Source: Isurus oxyrinchus (taxonomy: Eukaryota). From it: a DNA stretch of 64,000 nt. The position numbers and the translations under genes were made by a program. This document shows positions 13,851 to 28,295 of this stretch, piece after piece. The stretch lies in NCBI GenBank assembly GCA_026770705.1, contig JANJGN010000016.1, positions 37,510,001 through 37,574,000 on the forward strand, in the 5' to 3' direction. Position 1 is the stretch's first letter, and the number at the start of each line of letters is the position of its first letter. The notes below the pieces were generated by a model. It saw only the letters and a list, made by a program, of their open reading frames with translations. It was not told the DNA's origin and did no database searches.

Positions 13851-14548
13851 AATCAGTATATATATTTTCAAGGTGAAAAGCCTCAATAATTTATATAGCT
13901 CACGGGGGAGTTTATGCATCTGTAACAAAGTGGCAAGGATGACACAATATTGCTCAAGCTTAAATAGGATTCAGATTTGTTCCTTTGATTCTGCGCACAT
14001 GCAGTTCCTTTTCTTAACTGCTTTCCAACAGAGTTGCATATCCCCTATCGGTATTTATGCGTATTTTGATTAACAAAAGTTAGCAGAATCCTGGGAGCAC
14101 ATTGCCTGCCTTTATTCATTGGGTGAAGAATATTCTATGGTCTGGCAAGAGGGTTGAAAATTTGGGAAGCAAAGAAATCAAGATATGCAAATTTGGTTAT
14201 TCTGTATGTAGTTTAATCATTTTCTTAAATATAAAAACCCAACAGATTAAATTTATTTCTGAATCTTTTAACACAAGTTATATATGACGACTAATGGCAC
14301 CTTTGAGGAAAGTACCCCAAAATATTCTTTGCTTTCGGGTTTCTGAATGTATGTGTTTATTGCGGAAACAGTGCTTTGAGGTGTGGTTGAAAGATCTTGT
14401 TGACAAAATAAATAGATAGCCAAATCCTACAAAAGCTACCCTGTACCAGTAACAAATTATTATTGTTCAGGTGAGTAATTTGAAAGACATTGAACTGGCT
14501 CCTGGTGTTCCATTTATTACTTCAAAAATATTTTTTTCTTCCTCACAG

Positions 14549-14600
14549 CCATTCAGTGGCACCACTCCACAGGCAATTGGAGCCAGGAATTATCAAGCAG
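14549..14600 (+). CDS. ATP6V0B: ATP6V0B coding exon 6
   Basis: tcacag|CCATTC...GCAG|gtgagt; 52 nt; PFSGTTPQAIGARNYQA(G). Confidence 0.96.
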
Positions 14601-14829
14601 GTGAGTTTGGTTTTTTCCTGTTGTGCCAACTTTACTTTATATCCATTGGATTTGAAATGGAAGCCTATGTTTAAGAGTTCATTTACCAGGAACTGATGTA
14701 GATGGCCTCCCCAATGCTGCATAAATGTATTGCCACTGTTTCTGGCTGCTGACAGGCACAGTGGCTCAACTTGTCGAAAACTCACATCAGAAGTTTGTAC
14801 AAATTCTTGGCTATGCACAGACCCACAAA

Positions 14830-15540
14830 AGCGGGGGATGATGTAGCCATTGTAATTGAGGAGGAGTGTGAAGCATGGGATGTGATAAACATAGGGAGAG
14901 AGGAAGTATTAGGGGACTAGCAACCTTGAAAGTGGATAAATCACCAGGGCCGAATAAAACGTACCCCAAGTCGTTAAAAGAAGCCAGGGAGGAAATAGCA
15001 GAGGGTCTGACCATCATTTTCCAATCCTCACTGGATATATGAGGTGCCAGAGGACTGGAGGTCTGCTAATGTTGTACCTTTTGTTTAAAAAGGGAGCGAA
15101 GAATAGACCGAAGAATTACAAGCCAGACAGTGTGACCCCGGTAGTGGGGAATTTATTGGAATCAATTCTGAGGGACAGGATAAACTGTCACTTAGAAAGG
15201 CATGGATTAATCAAGGACAGTCAGCGTGGATTTGTTAAGGGAAGGTTGTGTCTGACTGATTTGATTGAATTTTTTGAGGGAAGTAACCAGCAGGATTTAT
15301 GAGGTAATGCAGTTGATGTGGCCTACATGAATTTCAGTAAGGCTTTTGACAAGGTCCCACATGACAGACCAGTTTAAAAAAAATTAAAGCCCATGGGATC
15401 CAGGGCAATGTAGCAAGCTGGACACAAAATTGGCTCAGTGGCAGGAACAAAGGGTTGTTGGTTGATGTTTTTTGTGACTGGAAAGCTGTTTCCAGTGGCG
15501 TTCTGCAGGACCCAGTACTAGGCCCCTTGCTTTTTATGAC
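14830..15540 (+). mobile_element. CR1 LINE internal RT fragment
   Basis: [58 protein letters not shown]. Confidence 0.9.
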
Positions 15541-16009
15541 CACTTCCTGTGGTGTAAACCTGTGGTTCTATGACTTTTTCCAGCTATTGGAGAAGGTGCA
15601 GCAGCCAGAAAAGGTACTCAAAACACAGATTAACTGTTTTCAATGCTTCGTTGCATGATTAACCCTTAGAATTAATACCATTGGACTACTGTTCATTTAA
15701 CTTTGTAGTCCATTCCTGACTGGATTAGTGTGTGTTTTATTGCAGAAAATAAACCTCCTGTATTGGTTATACTGTTGACCATAATTCTTTCTTGGGAATT
15801 CAAATTAATTGTTGTCTTAAAGAAATAGGAACAAGCGTAGGCCATTCAGCACCTTAAGCCTGTTCTATTTCTCTTTCGCTAATACTTCTATATACATCAA
15901 AAAGTCTTAAGTGAGACGCAAGGAAACCTTTTATCCCTTTGTTTTTATATTGTTGCTATCACCCAATAATAATGGGCAAAACTGAGTTGGTTTGATTTTC
16001 AATTACTAG

Positions 16010-16252
<243 letters not shown>

Positions 16253-16259
16253 TGACAAC

Positions 16260-16825
16260 TCACTCAAACCTTGCAACTCTGCATCCTCTCAATACTAAAG
16301 ATCTCTACCCCTCCATGAGCCTACCTGCCACTGAAACACTCATTCATGACTTGTGTCATCTCTAGGCTTGAATATTATATTCTTTAAATATGCCTTACAT
16401 CCTCCATTCTGTTTGTCTGTGGCTCCTGTCCATGCCAAACTACATTGGCTTCTGCTCCCCCATTGTCTTATTTAAAATTCTCACCATTGTTAACCCCCCT
16501 TTCAAAGTTTTGATCCTCTTTACTCCTTTAAAGTTCCTCCAGCCCAATCCCCAACTCAGAATTTTCCATTCTTTTGACTCAGGCCTTCTTTAGCCCCACT
16601 ATTATCAGCCATGTCTTTAGTTGTCTAGGCCCCATGTGTTGAAATTTCCTCAAACCCCTCTGCCCCTCCACCTCTCTGCTTTGAAAACTCACCCTTTTCA
16701 TCGAAACTTTTAGCTACTACTTCGAGTGTGTTTTATGACACAGCATCCATTGTTTTGCTTACAACTCTGTAAAGCTCTTTGGGACATTTTTCTATAAAGC
16801 CATTGCATAAATGCAACCTGTCTCT
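16260..16825 (+). mobile_element. L2 LINE 3' fragment (degenerate)
   Basis: GAAACACTCATTCATGAC..GTCATCTCTAGGCTTGA (ETLIH...SRL motif); similar to the reverse complement of 47300-47890. Confidence 0.6.
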
Positions 16826-17122
16826 GTGAGAAAAATGTGCATTAGACACTCTTCAAAAGATAATGGTTCATTTTTCCTTTTCGTTTGATAGTAAAATCCT
16901 TTCAGTTTGAAATGTGTTGAATACAGGACAGAAAGTGGATTATGTCCTTTAATGCTAATTCCCATTGTCTGTGTACCAGTGCAGAATGAAGAATATATCC
17001 TCTATTTCCAGCTAATGATGCTTTCTCTGTGTATTTATGCAAAATTGTAAATTGTCTTAGCATCTGTTAGAGGTTAATGCTGTAAAATCGAACAAATGAA
17101 TCTCTTTCTTTTTTTGTAACAG

Positions 17123-17149
17123 ACATCTAAAGTGAAAATGGGAGATTAG
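17123..17149 (+). CDS. ATP6V0B: ATP6V0B last coding exon (exon 8)
   Basis: gtaacag|ACATCTAAAGTGAAAATGGGAGATTAG = TSKVKMGD*; human ends TSRVKMGD. Confidence 0.97.
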   Translation, partial: TSKVKMGD

Positions 17150-17707
17150 CCATCATGAAGACACGGAGGGTTGGAAAAGTTCTGGAAATGAGACCAAGAT
17201 TTGCTGTACATAATTTATTTAAGTGTATATTTTCCCAATATATTGTTTGTGGTTTTTGACCCATTTACTGAGGAGTGGTTGTGATACAGTCTGAAGTGAT
17301 TCCTGATCAGTTCTGCAAAATGGACCAGGTGCTGTCCAGCAGTATTCCATAGTTTAGTCTGTATTCTGTTTAACTTGCAAACGTATTGCCCACTTTGAAT
17401 TTGGAATGGGGTTGAGTAGTGGGACAGAATATTGAAGACTTTGCATTAATTTACAAGTGATCAGATTTATTCTTTGTGGCCTGGTGCAAGGCAGCAGCTG
17501 AAAACACACATGTTTAACAGTGACCATGATAAAGAGGCATTAAATACATTTACATCAAAGTCCTGTAGCTTGCAGTGATCATACCATGATGAGTTCATAC
17601 AAAACTCCCATCAATTTATGTACCTAAGTTGCACCTTTGTATGTTTTATGTTCCTTGAAAGTGTAATGGAGCAACTTTGAGTGTTACACCACGATGAGAA
17701 CCACAAA

Positions 17708-17713
17708 AATAAA
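17708..17713 (+). promoter_or_regulatory. Candidate ATP6V0B polyadenylation signal (AATAAA)
   Basis: First AATAAA seen after the stop codon (~560 nt downstream); usage unverified. Confidence 0.45.
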
Positions 17714-18494
17714 GTACACGTTTATATGTGGGTCTGCATCAAGCATTGACTTTCTGCACCCAACCTGCTGCTTTCCCCACTACACACATTTAGGAGGAAT
17801 TAAAATTTTTGCCCATCTTTTGGCATTTGCTTGCCTGTTGGCATTGTATTTGAGTCTGATTAATCCATTGTTACGTTTAAACCAATTGAGTTACTGAAAC
17901 AAAATGTAATTTCAATGTCCAGGACAGTAAAACTGATTATAATTACCCAACAATATTTAGGTCTCATCACAGTGTGTCAGCTTGACTCAGCAAAGAAGTT
18001 ATAATATCTTAGCCCTTAATTGGGCTGTAACTGTGGAGTGCTATTTGAACTTACTTCATTTTTTGTAAGGGATGGTGAAAATAAGTATACTATTGATCCT
18101 ACTAAAAAGAAAAAAATCTCCATGTAACTTATGCCAATCAATTAATTTCTGCTCCTTTGAGTACAATAGGTACTTTAAGCAGCTGATCCAGTTGACTTAT
18201 GCAAAACACATGGATGGTGGAGGCAAGAGATGGTATGTGTTGATTGAGCATGAAATGTACTCCTTTATGATCTGCCTGTGTAACCATCACAACTGTCTTC
18301 CCTGCTGAGTGAAGTTTTTATGAACAAAAACTTATGAACACTACATCATGTGGCATTATCTGTTCACCTTAATGGATGAAACTTTGACATTGTGCTGCCT
18401 ATAATTACAAAGTATGCTTGTCCTGAATTCTTGTTGCATACTATTGAATTTGGCTGTAATCATGTGTTAAATCTTTAACTTTCCAAATTAAATA

Positions 18495-18895
18495 TCAACA
18501 ACTTGGCATTTATATACCTCCTTTAATGTAGAATAAAAAGTCCTGAGACGCTTCACAGGAGCATTATCAAATGAAATTTGACACTCAGCCACATATTAGG
18601 ACCAAGGGCCAAAAACCTGGTCAAAGAGGTAGATTTTAAGGAACCTCTTAAAGAGATAAACAAAGGCAGAAAAGTGTAAGGAGAGAGCTCCAGAGCTTAG
18701 GGCTTTGGTAGCTGAAGGCACAGCTGCCAGTGGCGTTGCGATTAAAATTGGGGATGCTCAAGAGGTCAGAATTGGGGGAGCATGGATATCTTGGAGGGTT
18801 GTAGGGCTGGAGGAGATTAGAGATAGGGAGGGGTGAGGCCATAGAGGGATTTGAAAACAAGGATGAGAATTTTAAAATCTAGGTGTTGCTTAAAT
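18495..18895 (-). mobile_element. L2 LINE 3' fragment
   Basis: Minus strand encodes L2 C-terminal-type motifs (AFSYQSPKLWSSL); similar to 47300-47700. Confidence 0.75.
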
Positions 18896-20048
18896 ACGAA
18901 GCTGAATTTTTTCCCCCAAGTTTGAAAATAATTTGACATGAAGTAAATTTTTAAAACTTAAAAACATCAGGATAAATGTGTTTTTCCCAGTTTCCCACTT
19001 TATTGGACGCTTAAATTCCTCACCATCCTTCGTTTCTGGGCATGTAAACTTTTGAAGATTTCCTTAAATCTTCCTGTCTAATGTAGCCAGGTGGTGTGCC
19101 AACTGTTTGGCATAAGAGTTTCAGTTTTATTTTCCTCCCTTGGAACATGCTGAGTTGTTGACTGATTCAAGATATTTGGTAGAGTCAGGATTCTGCCCCA
19201 TCTCAAAAAAGTAAAGTGGAAATATTTTCACCTTCACCCTCATTACAGTTTTTTACTTTTAATATTGTTGTGGAGTTAGCAATCCTATTGAACCCCCTTG
19301 CACCATTTCCTGGAACAATTCCTAGTTGCCAAAGGGTTTCAAATGGCATCCTTATTGTAATTTGTGGCAAAGAGGTGACGGCGTCTCACCAGCAAGTAGC
19401 TATTAGATATAATTATGATCTCCCTAATAGTGATAAAATGTGCTCAGGGATGCCTGCTATAAGTACTATAGCAAACGAATTGAACAAAAGCATTAAGTAT
19501 CCGCAAAAGAGCTTTACATTTGCCTTATATCCAAGTGGGCAGTGGGATGAATTATCTGATGTGACTTGAGAAGCATGTGCATATAGTGAACCAGCAAATG
19601 TAAATTATAATTTTGTTTGCTATTTGCAAGAATTATAAATTATGCAACTCAGGTCCATGTCAGCTTGCATAGAAAGAAAGATGGATTAGAATGGTGTACT
19701 GACCTGACTTTGGATGGAAGCCTTTGTTGGTTGTAAGGGTTATAAGTGCTGAATTCTGCCAGTCTCAATTCAGTTCAGTTGGACAGAGGATCACAGGATA
19801 ATAATTTTGCACTAAAACATCTAAGGTCATAAGGATGGCTAGTTTGGAAATTAAAATTATATTAAAATGTGTTTATTATGTTAACCTGGGTATGTTTTGG
19901 TAATATATTGGGAACTTTACCCAGCATATGACTTATACTTGACCTGGGAGGACTTGATGTTGGTGGAGGAAAAAATATTCAATTCCCTAATACTGATATC
20001 ACCTTGTTGAAAGTATGAATTTTCTTAAACTATTTATTTATGTATAAT

Positions 20049-20741
20049 GGTCCAGATTTTGTTGTGGTAATGATTCTGAAACTGTCAATGTTTACTGTCA
20101 TTATTTCGCTGAAACTCTCAGCAAATTCAGGAGTCCTCACATTTGGAATAGCAGAAAATCCAGAAACTGCTGTCAGTGATCCTACATTTCTCCATGGCCT
20201 ACACTGTTGAATTCACCACAGACAGCAATCAAATAGAATTCACTGAACTAACAAAGATTTGCCCTTTACACCATCGGTTGCGTTGTATAAATCCTTGAAA
20301 ATGGTGCATCTTGTTGAAAGTGAGTTTTTAGTGTTTTACCAAGTACATAATTACGGCTGAAAAACCTCACTGGCCATGAAAAACTAACTTTATATTTGGA
20401 ATGTCAAATTTCTCCATTGTAAAAGTTCAACATTTCTAAAAGAAATTTATTTCAGCTTCTGCTTTAAACCATGCATGTCTCAAATGGTTTCTGCAAAATT
20501 GAATTGTGAAGGATGGTGCATTTTGCTTCCTGACTTCTTGTCTGAGAATACTTCAGTGTGATTGGCTGTTTACCCTGCTTGATGACATCACTGCTGGACA
20601 CCTGGAGATCCCTTGACTTGACACCAAATTCAAACTAAAGTCAGGAAAGGGGAAATCGACACCACAGATTGTTACATCTATGCAGGCAATTTACTTTGAG
20701 GTCAGCACTGTTGCTTTGTTGCTGGCTGCAAAATCCAGGCC
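20049..20741. mobile_element. Non-autonomous TIR DNA transposon (Harbinger-type MITE)
   Basis: Termini GGTCCAGATTTTG ... CAAAATCCAGGCC are imperfect inverted repeats. Confidence 0.6.
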
Positions 20742-23700
20742 ATATATGTGTGTGGATCATCCATGCTTGAACCAGGTCCATAACATACCTGGCATATTTA
20801 ATATTCTGTTAAGTCAGGTGTATATTTTCTGTAAACTGGAACATACTAATGGTTTTTGCTATATTATTAAGCTGTAGAGATTGGTTTAAAATACCTTTGT
20901 CATTGTTTTCATGCAGGCTGAGACCTGATTTTGAAAATGTGTATATATAAGCATTAAAGCACTTCCTGCAAAGTATAGATACAAGCAGAGAAAAGATATT
21001 GCACTGCTTTCTTGGTTAAATACTGAAAAATGGGTTCACTCTTTATTTTCTGCTTGCATTCTTAATGATAAATGATCATCTGCCAACTTGTACAGAACAT
21101 TCTGTCTAGATGCATTTTGTTATGCTGCCGTTTCATTTTAATATTCAAGTGCATTCAACATGATCCTTGAGCCATAAACCAATTGGTATAGAGTTGAAAT
21201 TCATGTGACTTAAGATTAAAGCTGCAGCATAGCTTCTTATTGGCACATTCATCTTTTTATTTTTGATGCCATGTTCTGTTTCTTAAAGTTTTTCCTTGTC
21301 CCTCTATTGAAATTTAATTTTGAATACCTGTTTTATAAGGTTATTTAATTTGACCATGTATGCAGTGTTTTTCTTAAAAACAGTGAGATATAGTTATGTG
21401 GTGCAATCAGTTTAGGACACTGTCTTAGTCATTCTGTTAATGAACTTGAGCTTGAATTGAACTTCAGGTGTTCTGTGATTTTAAAAAAATAGTGTTTCCA
21501 AGGAAGTTTAGCATCTGAAATGAAATAAGTTTGGGTAGATTCCAGTCAGCCAGATGGATGTTTTAGAACTGACTTCACAACTAGCTGGACAAAGATGAGA
21601 TACATGGAGGGAATGTTTGCAATTGGATGCTGCTGTTCAAAACTATCCTTATAATTCAAATCTTCATCTTTAAAGGAAAGTCAAAATCATAATGTAATTA
21701 ACTTTCACTTTACCTGTTTAAATTTGTGTTTTTGGAAGGGGATGGGGAAAAATTATTGAACTGTGAAATAAAATTGAAGTAATAGATTTACCTAAATTGT
21801 CGGCTTCCAAATACTATAAAGTCTGCATAATTAGGTTATATACTTGCACCAGTAACAGGCCTTCACAGTGCAATTGCAGTTTCTTCTTGATGCTTACACC
21901 TGATTTGACTTGGGATCTTTTGTTAAAATGTCTGTTGCTGACTTTAACGAAAACAAACACTAGCTCAGCAGGAGGATTTGTTTAAGGAGCTCAGAGGATA
22001 TCTAGATATGCTTTTAACTGCATGTTTATATTAATTGAATCATGAGTATTTGAAGGTCTTTTCCACGTTAGGTGTGAGAACAGTTAGCAGTTTATAATGA
22101 AGGTCATTGCATTAACCTCTGTCTGTGATTAAGTGAAACCTTGGGGTTCATGGCTCCTAAAGTCACCTATTTGATCTAATGCAGGAAGGGGAGAAGTGAG
22201 AGGGGACCAAATAGTTGTAATTCAATGAAAACTTCTAAAAAGTTATAAAGGAAGCCCTTTTCTACATCTCCCCACATCCCCACTTACAGCTAAGTCAGTT
22301 TTTCACCTTGGAACAAGCAGTCAACGAAACTGTTTTACAGGTGGTGTAGAAATATCATGAATCAACCAAATGCATTCTCATGTGGGCTTGAATTGGAATG
22401 CTTTACTAATAGTTCAACAGACCCAGGTTGCAGTGGATTATATCAGTTTTAATAAAAGGATAGAGATGATTAGCTTTCAAATAACAATTATGCAGAAAGC
22501 TGGAGTGAGGTTTTATGTATGTTCTAGTAAACAATTGTAGAACATTTTCAGAGCATATGAAAATGCTTCCTTGGTGAACTTGCTGAGCCCTGTTAAACAG
22601 TAGTTTGCATCTTGAAATAGGAAATGTCTTCCTATGACCATGTGCAATGATGTGTTACAAGTTAAATTGCTATTTTTGGTTGAATGATTATCTTGCATAT
22701 AATGCCATGGTTTAAGCAGGGCAGTCAATGATGTACATTAAACCAAGCAAGCTGCTGTATTCTGGTCAACCCTACTTGGCTAAAACTTGGTAACCAAACA
22801 TGATGAAAACCACTTACGTGCATTTGATAGGGAATCTGCCTGAATAGTTTCTGCAAATTTGCAGCAGAAGTACTTAAATTCAGAATGTGGTGAGCCTTTC
22901 TTATTTCCTTTGTAATGTACGTGTCCTAGCAGATTCTTGTATAAGAAATATTCATCTCCAATCACAGAATTCTACCTGTACTTGTGTAAAAGTAGCTAGA
23001 AAATCACTATCTGATTTCTTCACGATGGATGCTAATTATTTCAGACATTGTGTGATTATGTTGAAATGTGCAAGTGATCAACTCTGCCTTTTGGGAATGT
23101 ATTCTATATGGGCACAGTACAGGATTCAACTTGCCAAATGTTTAGAAAAATTAAACTTGTGGAAAAAAGTGCTATAGTTTAATTTGTTTTTGTGAGCACT
23201 GGTTACTTGAAGTTCCTTTGCAGAAATTTTCAGATTAAAATAGGTTTTATGAAATTGTGTTCTACTTGCTGTTGCTCATGACAGGTGAGCAAGAAATAGT
23301 TGAGGAAGCCAAGTGTTTCACAAAATAGTGATACGACTATTTGTTCATTCTAAATACCTCTATTCTGAAAGATCCTATTTCTCCATTAGGCATCCAGTTG
23401 TTTCTTAAATGTTTTCAGGGTTGTCGCTCCATTACTCTAACGGGAAATCTATTCCACATATTGATTGTCCTCATTGTAAAGAATTTGCTAATTTGTCTTC
23501 AGTTTGTACCTGTTACCCTTGTCCAACTCTTGCAATTTAAATAGTTCTGGGTTTACCTTTCCATCCATTTATCTATCTTGATTTCATTTAATAATTTTAG
23601 TTTCCTTAAAACTGGTATTTTGATTTTATATCTGTCCAAGATCATTCAAAATTAATTTTGTGCAATGTTACTACACAAGGGAACTGTCATTCACTTCAAA

Positions 23701-24366
23701 TGTCCAATGTTGAGATGTTTAGGATCTAGTAAAGACCCCAGAAGTCACCAAAAAGGTGAGGGGATTAGTTCATTAGAGCTTCAGGGAAAAATAACTATCT
23801 GGGGAAACGTTCCACCTTAGAGACAGTACAGACTGTTCTGATTAACTTGGTTGAATGGAACAGGTGCAAACATATTAAATGTTCCCACTTCTGTCATTTT
23901 GGACAACACTCAATGTGCAGACTGGAATTCTGCTTCACCATAAATTTACCAGTGGAACAGGACTGCTTGAATTTTGGGCCTCAAGTATTTAGTACCAGGT
24001 GCATTTATCTTTTGGTTTCTGTCCACAGGTGATTAATGCTTGCAAATTTATTATTCCCATTATAGGCTTAATTGCGATAATGCAATCCCAGTGTTTCAAA
24101 GATCAAAACAATCTGGAAAAATCAATAAATTTGGTATTGAAATAGTTTCTATTTTTTCTAAACATAAACCAATAGGGATTGACAATTCGTTTATAAATCT
24201 GTTTATTTAATCTTTAAAGATTATATTACCTATATATTACATAGATAATATTAAACGTATATTACTGAATCTGGAAATGCTTTTACAAAATACTTTAAAA
24301 TCCTACCTGTGATCAGTTGTGCATTGTCTCTGGGTCATGCTTACCAACCCAGTACCTGATTTGTGG

Positions 24367-24597
24367 CAAAACAAAAACAAAAATACCTGGAAAAACTCAG
24401 CAGGTCAGGCAGCATCTGCGGAGAGGAACATAGTTAACGTTTCGAGTCCGAATGACCCATCAACAGTTCTGTTGAAGGGTCATTCGGACTCAAAACATTA
24501 ACTGTGTTCCTCTCTGCAGATGCTGCCAGACCTGCTGAGTTTTTCCAGGTATTTTTGTTTTTGTTTCGGATTTCCAGCGTCCGCCGTTTTTTGCTTT
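24367..24597. mobile_element. Foldback (palindromic) Penelope-derived element with 14-bp TSD
   Basis: ~100-bp inverted arms centred near 24467 match the Penelope terminus at 46582-46683; TACCTGATTTGTGG duplicated at 24353-24366 and 24598-24611. Confidence 0.9.
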
Positions 24598-26832
24598 TAC
24601 CTGATTTGTGGAGTTGGTTAATGAGGCAGGTTTGTGGGAGATATGCCATTTTGATTGACAGTGCTGTAGCTAAAGCTTTCCTAAAACTATGTTTTTTGCT
24701 AGTTCACTAAATCCCTTAATGCTGCTAGGTAGATCATTGTCCTTCACGGAAGGCTACCAACTCTGTCTATCTTAGGTGACCCCAGTCCCACATTGTATGG
24801 TTAACTCAATGCCCTCAGGGCAACTAGGAATGAGGAATAATTACAGATATTTAATAATACTACAAGTTTTGTCAGAAATTTATTACAATGTATATTACAT
24901 TTGAACTGTAAAAGCAAAGGAGAAGTTCTGTACAAAGCAATTCTTCAAGGTGTTTGTTTCAGTTATTTCTTAGGCCCACAGTGGAAACACTGCAGATTGA
25001 TGCTGATGTAATTACTTAAATATTCTAGGTGAGATTTCCTGAATATGTTAAACAATAGATATGACCAAGAACAATACATTTTTTATATACACAATTCGGA
25101 AATGTAAGGAAGGATTTTAACAAATGTGTGAAAATACCTGCTCAAAAGCCCCTGTGATTTTGAAAATCTCAATGAAAACGGTCCATTTCTCTTCCATTTT
25201 TCCTATGCTCTGTAAGCCCTATCCACTGCATCCTCTGGGTCAACAATAAACTCTAATGGACCGAGTATGGGAACCAGAGGCAGTATGAAACCATATGGGA
25301 AAACACCAGGGAAAAGGTTTCAAGTCAGCAAACCTAGTTTTTCCCTGGGAGAAGTTGGAAAGTTTTTGAAGATTTTTGCAGACAAGTTCTTTTCTGTCGA
25401 AGTACTGGGACCAATGTACGGGATTTGCTGAATCAGAGGAGGATTTCTTTTTAAATTAACGAGGTTGAAATTGTTTAGAAAGTGAGAAGATTGTGACTGT
25501 TTTGCTGTGTTGCTTGTGGATTGAAATCTTGTCCCAGGGTCCAGAGTTCAAGGTGAGTGTCCAGTAGCACCCTCAGAAAGAGAACTGTCACCAGCTCGTG
25601 TGGTTGGGCCAGCAACCCTTCATCCTACTGCTGGTCACATTAAACCTCCGGCAGTCAGTGGGAGTTGGCACTAGGCACAGGTGACAACTTGCCCAATGTA
25701 CAGATCTATACCTGCAACGTGTACCTGAACGCCTACCAACTGTCACCAGCAATCTGAGACATCCTGGGAACAGCAAGATGGAACAGCCCATGAAAAAATC
25801 TGAGACCTCAGATTGTGACAGAGACAATTCTACTGCAAAATAAAATTGTGTGTTGGCAGGTCTGCCATTTGGTGGTGAATGTGGAACAAAACCACATTGC
25901 ACCAAGATGTAAATGGCTGCTGGTTTGAGGAAATGCCATCAATGCCTGGTAGCATGTAAACTTGGCTGTTTTTCATGTACTAATTGTTAGATTTTTAACT
26001 TTCCTGTTGGAAGTGATGTCATGCCAGTGCAAGCACGAAGTCGTTAGTTTTAACTGTATTCCTTTTAAAATGGACCCTGGTGAAGTATAAGATGGCTGCC
26101 AATGGCATCACCTGACTTGCAACTTCAATGGCCTAGCAAACTTTCTTGAAAGTTCAAAATTGAATTATAATGGGCAGGAGTCTCCCTTGAATGGACATGC
26201 CTAACCAAAACTTTTTTGTGGAATTTCACAGCAGCTGATAGGGACTATTAAGTTCCCAGACTCTCTGACTCCAGGTTTGCCATGTAATAAAGGAGGGCTA
26301 ATGAGACTCGAGTATCCACAATGAAATGCTGAAGGGCACTTTTGTTGTTTATAAATTACTTTTGACCCTGTAACTGAAACTACATTTTTTTTTGAATAGA
26401 GCATTCAAGGGGTGAAATCTGCCATGTAGCTAGCAGAGACCAAACAATATGTTTATAAGACTAATGAGATTGGTATTATGAAAGGGGTTTTATTGTCAGA
26501 AGAGGTGGAGTTCAAAGGGGCTGGTGATAGAATGAGAATTTACTTTCAATGAGCTGTGTTAGAATGAAAAGTGAATTGGAGATTTTAGTCTATCTCTCTT
26601 CCCTTTCTGTAACAGTGGCTAGAAAAGACAAGTGTACAAAACCACTATCGAGAGAGTCTAGCAACTAATAGATAACTACCATAAGCTGCATATAAAAAAA
26701 CACCCGAAAAGGCAAACTGGGTTATGAAGCCTCTATTTTGAAATGGTGCAATGTATGCATATCATAAACCTTCACCACAACCCCACACTTGCATATATCG
26801 CCATGTTATCTAAAAAGAGGGAAAGAAACATT

Positions 26833-26968
26833 GGCCTGGATTTTTGGGTCCCACCCACCGTGGGACTGGAAATTCCCACCCGAAATCAACAATCTTTGGC
26901 TGATCCATCAAATTTTCTGTCTTAATTATGATGATTCCTGCCACGGACAGGACTGTAAAATCCTGGCC
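26833..26968. mobile_element. 136-bp Harbinger-type MITE
   Basis: TIRs GGCCTGGATTTT / AAAATCCTGGCC with 3-bp TSD ATT on both sides. Confidence 0.7.
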
Positions 26969-28295
26969 ATTGTTTCTTTAAATTAAATGTGGGAAATTCT
27001 TCTTTAACCCCTAAAAGCAATAGAATGAAATACAAAACAATATTTATACTAAGAGGATTCATTAAAACTCCTGGTCCAAGTGTATCGTAATGAATACTAC
27101 TAAAAGAAATGGGGGTTGGAATAGGGTATTTGATTATGGAACATCACTAAGCTCATTCAACACAGGATTAGAAGATATTAGTGTCTTGCTTGTAGATTTC
27201 TGGCATTGCAAATCCAGTAGTGTGTCCATTGAGCAAAGAATCCAAATGGACGTTCAGGCTTTGAGTACATGCGCAGAGTTTCTCCTGAAGGATGTTTTTT
27301 TGCTAAACCATGAGATCCAACTCCTGTTCCCGACTCAATTCCCACTAAAATGCTGACCTTTACACTTCCATACTAACTGACATTTTCATTTAAATAGTTT
27401 CCTCTTCTCAGTTACTATCCCAACATATTCACAATTTGAACAGAATGCTATTTTAATTACAGGATAACCAACCAATCATGTCTTAGGGCCAGTAGGAGTA
27501 GGTTTGACCTTTTGGATCTTACATGCCCTCCTTGATGTTGTGGTTATGGTTTATGTTACGATGATGCAGTGGTATTTTTGTTTGTTTTGGTTTATTGAGC
27601 TGCCAGAAGCTGGGTGGTGACAGAAGGAAGCCTGCCCTTGTGTTTATTATTATATGATCTACTCATTTTAATTCCCTATTTTGAGAAAAGCCATGGTTTT
27701 TACACAGAAAATTCAGTTGTGTTCATTAAACCTCCTGTAGCACTGGCACATTACATTACCACATAAATAATTCATTCACATGCTTCTAGCCCCTGTAGTG
27801 CAAAGTACAAGGTACAAATTTAACATTCGTCTAGATGAATTCTGCATTTGTTCTCTCAACAAGTCTCAGATTAGCAGAAGTAATAATATCTGTCTTCGCC
27901 CAACAACTTTATAAGTTTTAGTTGCCTAAATAGCCTCAAAGAGCCGTGCTTTAGAGAAACATAGACTTAGGGATGAATTGATTAAAGTTTTTAAAAGAAG
28001 ATAAAGGGACTGGATTGTATTTGTGTAGATAGTTAGTTTCAACCAAATAGGTTAGGGAAGACTAACAGTTGCAATCTCATTTAAGGACAGATCTGGTCAG
28101 ATGTTAGGAGGTGATTCTAATCCCTGAAAACATTGGACCTGTGGAAGGGCCTGCTGGCTGATGTGAATGCTGATTCGCTGAATTCCTTAAAGTGAAAGCT
28201 GGACCCATTGAAGGTGCGGGGATCACTTTGTGCAGGATTTAGGCACCATATAGCATTAATCAGGGTCTGGGTTTTTATCTATTTTTGTCCCTCAC

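Noticed and set aside
24972-25028. Exon-like segment (ttcttag|...CTAG|gtgaga)
   Set aside because: No homology or partner exons recognised; such motif pairs arise often by chance.
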